Shown here: one piece after another, positions 56,601-64,000 of the stretch | How the letters are laid out: each line of letters begins with the position of its first letter | How positions within the stretch are numbered: the first letter of the stretch is position 1 | IMG/VR virus record: IMGVR_UViG_3300028561_000007 | Span: 2,815 to 66,814 of that record | From: a virus | Taxonomy: Duplodnaviria > Caudoviricetes | Length of the DNA stretch: 64,000 nucleotides | Reading direction: 5' to 3' (one strand) | The notes under the pieces: generated by a model | Told to the model about the DNA's origin: nothing | What the model saw: only the letters and a program-made list of their open reading frames with translations | Database searches by the model: none | Translations under genes and position numbers: made by a program

Positions 56601-57401
56601 TCAAGGAAATAATCTATATTTTTGACGTCGTAATATCTTATCTATTTTCTTAAATCTGGATAAAGATATATTATAATATGCCTCTGACAACTCAATCCCG
56701 ATATAAGACCTCCCCAATAATTTACACGCCACCCCTGTCGTACCTGCCCCATTAAATGGATCTAATACCACAGCACCCTTCCAACTCAGCATTTTTATCA
56801 GACGAATCGGCAATTCTACTGGAAACATCGCCGGATGCCCGTATTCCTTCATTTTTGTTTCCGGCGCAATATTCCAAACCGCCAAACTCCAATCTATAAA
56901 CTCTTTTTCGCTTAAATCCGTTTCTCCAATTCCTCTTAATTTCTTTGTTTTCTTAGCGAAAATCAAAATATATTCAAATGGGGTTGGAAAAGACGGACAG
57001 GACGGACTTTTCCAACTTCCCCAAGATGTTCTATTCCCAATTTGGGATTTATTCCATATAATCACAGAATACGGAATATATCCAATTTCTTTGACCATAA
57101 ATTGAATAATATCCGAATGTGTTGGGCACGCCCCGTTTTTCCCGTCTCCTATATTGATGCAAACACGGCCTCCTTTTTTCAATTTTTTATAAATAATACA
57201 AAATATCTTTTTCAGCCATAAAATATATTCTTCATGTTCTTTATTATCCGAATACACGTCATATGAACTGGAATTGTATTTATTAAACCCTAAATTTACG
57301 TTATATGGAGGGGATGTAACGACTAGATCAATACTCTTTTTTTCAAGAGTATCTAGTATTTTTATACAATCCCCTAAATATAATTTATGGTTTATTTTCA
57401 T
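56601..57401 (-). CDS. DNA methyltransferase (N4C/N6A, beta class)
   Basis: VVTSPPY, HPAMFP, LDPFNGAGTT. Confidence 0.92.
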   Translation of the reverse strand: MKINHKLYLGDCIKILDTLEKKSIDLVVTSPPYNVNLGFNKYNSSSYDVYSDNKEHEEYILWLKKIFCIIYKKLKKGGRVCINIGDGKNGACPTHSDIIQFMVKEIGYIPYSVIIWNKSQIGNRTSWGSWKSPSCPSFPTPFEYILIFAKKTKKLRGIGETDLSEKEFIDWSLAVWNIAPETKMKEYGHPAMFPVELPIRLIKMLSWKGAVVLDPFNGAGTTGVACKLLGRSYIGIELSEAYYNISLSRFKKIDKILRRQKYRLFP

Positions 57402-58229
57402 CTATCTTTATTATCACCTTATAAATAAATAAAAATTCAGAATTTCTTTATTATTAAATAATATATATTCGTATATACATATATCAAATATTCCATAAAA
57501 TTTCCCGGAAAAATTTTATATCCGTATATTTTAAAAAAACAATAAATTTTGGAAAACAATATAATACCATAAATAGAATATCCACTATTATCTTACCTTC
57601 CTCCCCATATACCAAAGAGAATTGATATAAATTGTTTATTTACATAGTACATATACGAATTATCTTATTTTATCATATATTGATATAATAATATATCAAT
57701 TATCTTAAAAAATTTCCCGGAAAAATTTTTGATTCCAGTATTGACTATTGGAAAATATATATAGAAAACGTTCGGCTTAACCAAATCCCCGATATACGGT
57801 ATTTTGTATCGAGTTTTGATCCATACGGGAAACATCTTCTATATCCTATATCCATATATTGATATACAATTATATATCTATATGAATATATTATGTATGG
57901 ATATACTCCGATATGGGATCGATCCGTCAATGGAATGTTTAGGATATGCAGTATATAGATACTCTGTGTATCTTTTTTATTTTATATGGATATATAGATA
58001 TATTATTATATGGAATAGAGAAAATACGGATCGGATCGGTATATGGATACTATGGAAATATAGACTCTTTAATGCGGGATACTTAATGATTTGACGGTAT
58101 TTATCGGTATTTATTAGTATTTATTAGTATTTATCGATACGGTATATTCTAGATATTACTATATCAATATAATGCAAAAATTCCCGCAAAAAATAATTTA
58201 TAAAAAAATACGAAAAAAATAAAATTGTT

Positions 58230-58260
58230 ATTGACAATATACCGATATATGGTTATATTG
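58230..58260 (+). promoter_or_regulatory. Sigma70-type early promoter
   Basis: TTGACA at ~58231, 17-nt spacer, TATATT; similar TTGACA sites near 59415 and 59649. Confidence 0.6.
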
Positions 58261-58309
58261 CTATATATGGAAACAGAAAACACGAAACAAAAAATGAAAG
58301 GAAACAAAA

Positions 58310-58642
58310 ATGAAAACAACAGAAAAAAATCGTTTTGATTTATCGGATTGTTTTGAGATTCCTATTTCTGAATTACGGGAAACAGGGATCTATAAATTAC
58401 CTTGTAAAAAAATCAACACAAAAAAAGACATACCTGTAATAGAAAAAAAAGAAACATTCAGAAAATCCATTGTATCGAAAAAAGAAAATACCGAAATCAC
58501 GGTATCTATTCGGTCCGACGGATTTATTATTGTTTCGATTTATGATTACAAAAAATCCGTTTATTCGGGAATTTGCATAAATCGAAATAATAAAGAAAAT
58601 ACTGTTATCGAAACAAAAATTTTCGATGAAATCGGGATATAA
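58310..58642 (+). CDS. Hypothetical early protein
   Basis: GAAAGGAAACAAAA RBS box; 110 aa. Confidence 0.65.
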   Translation: MKTTEKNRFDLSDCFEIPISELRETGIYKLPCKKINTKKDIPVIEKKETFRKSIVSKKENTEITVSIRSDGFIIVSIYDYKKSVYSGICINRNNKENTVIETKIFDEIGI

Positions 58643-58691
58643 TGTTATATCCCTATAAATAGAAACACGAAACATTGAAAGGAAACAAAAA

Positions 58692-58970
58692 ATGAAAACG
58701 AAAAAACAAAAAAAAGCGATAACATTAAGAGATGTTATGGGAATTTTTGATGAGTACTTAGATACAATCGGATATAAACTTTTTAGCAATGGAAGAACTT
58801 TTTACAATCTATCCGAAATACTAAAAAAACAAGATCCGATTGATTACATGCGCCAATTGTGGCAATATATCTATGATTCCAGAGACGACGGATTGATTGG
58901 CGATTTATGGCAAGATTCAGATCTTGTCATAAACCCTGAGCTGATTATTTTTGAAAATCCAGAAGATTAA
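58692..58970 (+). CDS. Hypothetical early protein
   Basis: GAAAGGAAACAAAA RBS box; 92 aa. Confidence 0.65.
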   Translation: MKTKKQKKAITLRDVMGIFDEYLDTIGYKLFSNGRTFYNLSEILKKQDPIDYMRQLWQYIYDSRDDGLIGDLWQDSDLVINPELIIFENPED

Positions 58971-58983
58971 AGATTAAAGCATA

Positions 58984-59022
58984 AAAAAATTCCCGATTCA
59001 GAAAATGGATCGGGAATTTTTT
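58984..59022. terminator. Bidirectional intrinsic terminator
   Basis: AAAAAATTCCCGAT-11 nt-ATCGGGAATTTTTT. Confidence 0.75.
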
Positions 59023-59054
59023 ATTATGAAAAACAAGATACTTTTTATCTATTT

Positions 59055-59371
59055 ATTATCGATCCCCGACAGGGATTCCCGCAGGGATTCCCGCAGGGAT
59101 CGATTCAGAATGCTTCAGAATCGATTATCGATCCCCGACAGGGATTCCCGCAGGGATTCCCGCAGGGATCGATTCAGAATGCTTCAGAATCGATTATCGA
59201 TCCCCGACAGGGATTCCCGCAGGGATTCCCGATAGGGATCGATTCAGAATGCTTCAGAATCGATTATCGATCCCCGACAGGGATTCCCGCAGGGATTCCC
59301 GCAGGGATCGATTCAGAATGCTTCAGAATCGATTATCGATCCCCGACAGGGATTCCCGCAGGGATCGATAA
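59055..59371. repeat. 69-bp palindromic tandem repeat (4 full units + 1 partial)
   Basis: Units start at 59055, 59124, 59193, 59263 and 59332; unit ATTATCGATCCCCGACAGGGATTCCCGCAGGGATTCCCGCAGGGATCGATTCAGAATGCTTCAGAATCG. Confidence 0.95.
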
Positions 59372-59746
59372 TCTATCAGATTTTAGTATATGAATATATC
59401 AAAACATAAAATCTTGACAATTCGCCGAAATAGATATTTTAGAGTATATATATCTATATATAATTTATATAAATATATATTCTATAGACTAAAAGTCCAT
59501 AAATCTATAATTCAGGTCTATCTATTATATATAGAACAAAAAACCGCTTATACCTACTTTTTTAGGTCCATCCCAAAAATACCGTTTATGAGGTATGGAT
59601 TTTCAAAAAATATTTTTGAAAATTTTTTATTTTTTTCAAAAATTACTCTTGACAATATATCAATATACCGATATATTATTTTATAAGGTTATAAGATTAT
59701 AACCATATAACAACATAAAACTATAATTTAGAAAGGAAACAAAAAA

Positions 59747-60607
59747 ATGGAAACAACAGAGAAAAAAAACTTGTTATCAGAAAAAGCAATGCTAGTTTAT
59801 CTTTCTGCGTCGACGTGGACAGGCCGAAAAAAAGACAAAAAAACTACATCGGAAGTTTGCGATGTAAAAAAAGCGGATTCGGACGCTGGATCATGGATTA
59901 CGTACTTAATCCCAAAAAAATCAATAGCGGACATAGAATCTGCTATTGTACGATGTCGACAAGATCACTATCGTTTATCATTGCCATGGATCGACGGCGG
60001 ATTGCGGATTTTACCTAGTAAATTATTTATGGAATATACTTCCGTAATGAATAAACGAATCGCCGAGTTTGAAAAAACTGTCGATCAGTTTTTAGTCGAA
60101 TATCCGAATATTATCGACAATGCTAAAGCCCGACTCGGCGATTTATCGTATAATTTTATTTTACCGACAACACAAGAGCTGAAAAACAGATTTTCTGTCC
60201 GATATGATTTTATGCCATTACCGGAGACATCGGATTTCCGGGCTGATATAACAGGATCGGAAGTCGAATCACTCAAAAATAACATTGAAAATTCTATGAA
60301 AGAAAAAATCCATAGAATGAATCAGGAAGTTTGGGATCGATTGTACTTTATCGTCGATAAAACAGTATCTGTTTTATCCGATGACGATAAAATTATCAGA
60401 AAATCATTGATTGAAAAGTTATCGGATATGGCAAACGATCACTGGAATTTGACGGACGATCCGAAATTATCCGAAATTCAGACAATGATTAAAGATCGTT
60501 TGCAATCGGTAAAAATCACCGACTTAAGAGACGATAATTTCCAGCGAAAAAATAAATCAAACGAATTGAAAGAAGTACTGGATAAACTGAATGATTTTAT
60601 CGGATAA
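59747..60607 (+). CDS. DUF3150-like hypothetical protein associated with the AAA/vWA module
   Basis: LSASTWTGRKKD, SLPWIDGGLRILP; RBS box. Family call is from memory of similar phage proteins. Confidence 0.6.
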   Translation: METTEKKNLLSEKAMLVYLSASTWTGRKKDKKTTSEVCDVKKADSDAGSWITYLIPKKSIADIESAIVRCRQDHYRLSLPWIDGGLRILPSKLFMEYTSVMNKRIAEFEKTVDQFLVEYPNIIDNAKARLGDLSYNFILPTTQELKNRFSVRYDFMPLPETSDFRADITGSEVESLKNNIENSMKEKIHRMNQEVWDRLYFIVDKTVSVLSDDDKIIRKSLIEKLSDMANDHWNLTDDPKLSEIQTMIKDRLQSVKITDLRDDNFQRKNKSNELKEVLDKLNDFIG

Positions 60608-60614
60608 AATCATT

Positions 60615-60668
60615 GACAAGACGACTTGATATAGGAAGTAAAATCCGGTTCGATTCCGGCGTCTTGTC
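60615..60668 (+). ncRNA. tRNA-like mini cloverleaf with T-loop
   Basis: 9-bp stem GACAAGACG/CGTCTTGTC enclosing an ACTT/AAGT hairpin and a CCGG-TTCGATT-CCGG T-arm mimic. Confidence 0.4.
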
Positions 60669-60706
60669 TTCAAAAAACTATAAACTTTTTTAGAAAGGAA
60701 ACAAAA

Positions 60707-61702
60707 ATGAAAATCAATGAATTAAAAATCGAGCTCGAGCGGTGTTTCAAAAATGGATTGCCAATTCTATTAAAAGGCGCGCCGGGGGTGGGGAAAACAG
60801 ATATTATAAAGCAAACGGCTAAAAAATGCGATATGGATCTGATTATATCTCACCCTGTTGTTTCCGATCCGACAGATTACAAAGGCCTACCGGGAATTAT
60901 TAACGATAAGGCCGAATTTTTACCGTATGGGGATCTACGAAAATTGATTGAGGCCGATTCCCCGACAATCTTTTTCCTAGACGACATCGGTCAAGCCCCG
61001 GCCGCAGTACAGGCCGCAGTTATGCAACTTCTATTATCTAGACGGATAAACGGACATGCTGTTTCGGATAAAGTAACATTCTGCGCTGCAACCAATCGCC
61101 GGGAAGACAAGGCCGGAGTTACAGGGATTTTAGAGCCCGTAAAATCCAGATTTGCGACAATTATTCAGATCGATCCAGATCATGATTCATGGATTGATTG
61201 GGCTGTTGATTGCCCAGACATTCCCACTGAACTTATCGGATTTATCCATTACCGACCGGCGTTGCTATGTCAACCCAATCCGACAAACGATATTGTCAAT
61301 AGTCCAAATCCCCGGACATGGCACAATATCGGAAAGTTATTGAAAGCGGGTTGCAAAAATTTTGAAGTATTCGCCGGGGCTGTCGGTGAAGGCGCGGCCG
61401 CTGAATTTATCGGATTTATGAAAGTATATGAATCCTTACCGTCGATAAACAGTATCTTGAGCGATCCAGATAATGCAATCGTCCCGGCCGAAATATCCGC
61501 ATTATGCGCCTTGACAGCTGCATTGGCGGAGCGCGCGACGGAAGATAAAAACATCAATGCAATATTTAGGTATTGTAAACGATTCCCAAAAAAAGATTAT
61601 GAAGTCCTGTTGATTAAGGATTGTCTGCGAAAAAACGAAAAAATCAAAAATAATAAACATTTTACAACATGGTGTCTGGACAATAAAGACGTGTTTATGT
61701 AA
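60707..61702 (+). CDS. MoxR/dynein-related AAA+ ATPase
   Basis: GAPGVGKT, FFLDDIGQA, AATNRRED, PVKSRF, PNPRTW. Confidence 0.88.
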   Translation: MKINELKIELERCFKNGLPILLKGAPGVGKTDIIKQTAKKCDMDLIISHPVVSDPTDYKGLPGIINDKAEFLPYGDLRKLIEADSPTIFFLDDIGQAPAAVQAAVMQLLLSRRINGHAVSDKVTFCAATNRREDKAGVTGILEPVKSRFATIIQIDPDHDSWIDWAVDCPDIPTELIGFIHYRPALLCQPNPTNDIVNSPNPRTWHNIGKLLKAGCKNFEVFAGAVGEGAAAEFIGFMKVYESLPSINSILSDPDNAIVPAEISALCALTAALAERATEDKNINAIFRYCKRFPKKDYEVLLIKDCLRKNEKIKNNKHFTTWCLDNKDVFM

Positions 61703-61735
61703 CAGATACCTTTTGATAATGAAAGGATTCCTAAA

Positions 61736-63025
61736 ATGAATACAACAGAAAAAATAAATAAAGCGCGGACGCGCTTATTGATTGACAGTATGTTTTTTGG
61801 ATCAATTGCTATGCGACTCGAATTGATTCCCGATTGCTCAATTCCAACAATGTTTATCAATAGTAAAGCAATAAAATACAATCCAGATTTCGTAGACGGA
61901 TTATCAATGTATGAATTGATTGGTTGCCTAGCGCACGAAATTTTACACGTCGCAGGCGGACACCCATGGCGCGAAAATGATAGAGACCATACTCTATTCA
62001 GCATGGCCGGTGATTATGTTATAAACGACATACTTTTGACGGATAAATTTTCATTGCCTGCGGGTTGTCTATACGATAAACGATTCAGTGGTATGTCTGT
62101 TGAGGAAGTTTATACTGTGTTGAAAAAAGAGAAAGAAGAACAACAGAAAGAAGAACAACAGAAAGAAGAACAACAGAAAGAAGAACAACAGAAAGAAGAA
62201 CAACAGAAAGAAGAACAACAGAAAGAAGAACAACAGAAAGAAGAACAACAGAAAGAAGAACAACAGAAAGACGATAACAGCGGAGACGATAACAGCGGAG
62301 ACGATAACAGCGGAGACGATAACAGCGGAGACGATAAAAACAAAAATACAGACATTGGCGGTTGCGGCGATTATGAATCTGAAACAGATTCTATAGAATC
62401 TAAAGAAAATGAGATACAATGGAAACAGATTATATCGCAAGCGCATTTGCTATCAAAAGGATCGATCCCGGCTGGGCTCGATAGAATGATACAATCGTTT
62501 ATCAATCCAGAGACGCCATGGTCTGTTTTATTACGCGATTTCGTATCCCGGACTGCTAAAAATGATTATACATGGACGCGTCCGAATACAAGATATTCTA
62601 GACTAAAATTTATTTTACCGTCATTGATATCCGACGAGCTGCCAAAAATAGTTATTGGTATAGATACTTCAGGATCTATTTCGCAGGAATTACTTGATTT
62701 ATTTGCGGCGGAAGTGTCTTCTATTTTCAATGATTACGATGCGACAATAGAAGTAATTTATTGCGATTATGTAATTCATGGAATAGAGACATACACTAAA
62801 TCAGACTTACCATTAAAGTTATCGCCAAAAGGCGGCGGCGGCACTAGTTTTCGGCCTGTATTCGATTATATCGAAAATAGCGGAGACATTCCCGCATGTC
62901 TGATTTATTTTACCGATCTATGCGGATCGTTTCCAGAAAAAGAGCCCGATTATCCTGTTTTATGGATTTCGACAAGCGGACTCGACAGAGTGCCATTTGG
63001 CGATGTAATAAAGATCAAACTATAA
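61736..63025 (+). CDS. HExxH metallopeptidase-like + vWA domain protein (DUF2201-like)
   Basis: LAHEILH; C-terminal MIDAS IDTSGS, GGGTSF and YFTD. Confidence 0.88.
   Translation: MNTTEKINKARTRLLIDSMFFGSIAMRLELIPDCSIPTMFINSKAIKYNPDFVDGLSMYELIGCLAHEILHVAGGHPWRENDRDHTLFSMAGDYVINDILLTDKFSLPAGCLYDKRFSGMSVEEVYTVLKKEKEEQQKEEQQKEEQQKEEQQKEEQQKEEQQKEEQQKEEQQKEEQQKDDNSGDDNSGDDNSGDDNSGDDKNKNTDIGGCGDYESETDSIESKENEIQWKQIISQAHLLSKGSIPAGLDRMIQSFINPETPWSVLLRDFVSRTAKNDYTWTRPNTRYSRLKFILPSLISDELPKIVIGIDTSGSISQELLDLFAAEVSSIFNDYDATIEVIYCDYVIHGIETYTKSDLPLKLSPKGGGGTSFRPVFDYIENSGDIPACLIYFTDLCGSFPEKEPDYPVLWISTSGLDRVPFGDVIKIKL
62132..62336 (+). repeat. Coding 15-bp tandem repeats
   Basis: AAAGAAGAACAACAG (KEEQQ) x9, then GACGATAACAGCGGA (DDNSG) x4. 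Confidence 0.9.
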
Positions 63026-63056
63026 ACAAAAAACAAAAAATGAAAGGAAACAAAAA

Positions 63057-63812
63057 ATGTCTAGGACGAAATTGTATAATTATCCAGTCAACCGGTATGC
63101 TTTTGAGCGACAAATATATGATCCGGTTGAAAATGCGCCTTTAATGATTATATGGAATGAATTAAAAAAACGGCCGGGATATGAAAATATCAAACTGAAA
63201 GAATCTAAATCAATCAAGTTTAGTCGCCGATGTCCATATCACGGCCATTTCGTAATGGAAATAGACGGACATTCGTATATGGTAAAAATAACATATGGAA
63301 AACTAGGATACCGAATATCCCTATATGGAATAAACGCCCGAAATATGAATCGGTATCTACAAGAATTTTTTGGCAAAAAACACAAGCCGACAACATCGAA
63401 ATACATCGAAAAAATAGTCGATAAAATAATTGACGCCTTTTCATATTATATCCCGTTGATTGAAAAAACAAAAAAGGATAAAGAGAAAAAAGAAGTTCAA
63501 AAAATGAAACAGGAAAAAACCGCGAAAATTTTACAAGAGAAAATCGGATTGCCATTCCCACTAGATCATTACTATTCCTATGATGAAAATACATCGGGAA
63601 TAATTGATCGGGAATACCATACCGATATGTCCTACGGGTTCAAACTTGACATTTCGATTAAAGAGTTTGATAAAACTATATTCAATACAGATGATTATAT
63701 TATGATTGACGCCATAAAATTTTATGGCAAGTACAGTACGGAAACAATCAAAAAACTTATAAACATACTCTTAACATCGCCGGAGTATATATCCGAAAGG
63801 TTGCTAAAATGA
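63057..63812 (+). CDS. Hypothetical early protein
   Basis: 251 aa; RBS box. Confidence 0.65.
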   Translation: MSRTKLYNYPVNRYAFERQIYDPVENAPLMIIWNELKKRPGYENIKLKESKSIKFSRRCPYHGHFVMEIDGHSYMVKITYGKLGYRISLYGINARNMNRYLQEFFGKKHKPTTSKYIEKIVDKIIDAFSYYIPLIEKTKKDKEKKEVQKMKQEKTAKILQEKIGLPFPLDHYYSYDENTSGIIDREYHTDMSYGFKLDISIKEFDKTIFNTDDYIMIDAIKFYGKYSTETIKKLINILLTSPEYISERLLK

Positions 63813-64000
63813 AAACAGAAGATATCTTCAAAAAAGATCCGTCTTTATTACGGCCGGCTAGAAAATATCTATACGATTGCAAGGCGCGTAAAATAATAAT
63901 AACAGACGGAAATGAAGAACCGGTTACTATAGGAAAACCGGGGCACTGGAAACGTAATGGATTAATTAGATATAACAAGCCGAAATATCCGGGATATAAA
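63809..64000 (+). CDS. Hypothetical protein, 3'-truncated; paralog of 4805-5125
   Basis: Read manually: MKTEDIFKKDPSLLRPARKYLYDCKARKIIITDGNEEPVTIGKPGHWKRNGLIRYNKPK. Confidence 0.65.
   Translation, partial: MKTEDIFKKDPSLLRPARKYLYDCKARKIIITDGNEEPVTIGKPGHWKRNGLIRYNKPKYPGYK

Noticed and set aside
59005-59235. ORF made of LSIPDRDSRRDSRRDRFRMLQNR repeats
   Set aside because: It is an in-frame by-product of the 69-bp period, starts inside a terminator hairpin and lacks the RBS box.
59055-59371. Possible CRISPR array
   Set aside because: The units are identical end to end with no unique spacers, and there is no cas1/cas2.
62069-62446. Minus-strand hydrophobic repeat ORFs (LLFFF / SSFCC)
   Set aside because: They are antisense shadows of the KEEQQ/DDNSG repeats.
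1-64000. Integrase, repressor, tRNA genes, reverse transcriptase/DGR
   Set aside because: No recognisable motifs were found in the ORF track or by manual reading; the part of the genome outside the window is unseen.

Overview
This is a near-complete (~64 kb), AT-rich tailed dsDNA phage genome segment with a siphovirus-like tail module; no tRNA, rRNA, integrase or canonical CRISPR array was seen. The + strand (1-27.4 kb) is a replication/recombination arm: SNF2 helicase end, primase, wHTH initiator, DnaB-like helicase, beta-clamp-like and DnaX-like proteins, a PolA split into two genes, gp32-like SSB, UvsY/RecA-like proteins, 5' exonuclease, Hjc-like resolvase, split Rad50 with Mre11, DNA methylases and a STELLO glycosyltransferase. 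The - strand (57.4-27.6 kb) is a convergent morphogenesis arm: terminase, portal, four glycosyltransferases, head, tail with a -1 frameshift chaperone, and tape measure. A divergent early region (57.4-64 kb) carries 69-bp palindromic tandem repeats and an AAA+/vWA module. The most striking element is a stand-alone Cas7/RAMP-like gene (17277-17894) directly downstream of a GGC-NN pentamer array, with two more arrays sharing its leader and 3' tail (8.4 kb, 21.2 kb). This looks like a non-CRISPR RNA-guided system, resembling what I recall being reported as VIPR. Dockerin-like/LamG motifs hint at a Planctomycetota (Phycisphaerae-like) host, which is an inference. All product calls come from motif recognition by eye, not database searches.
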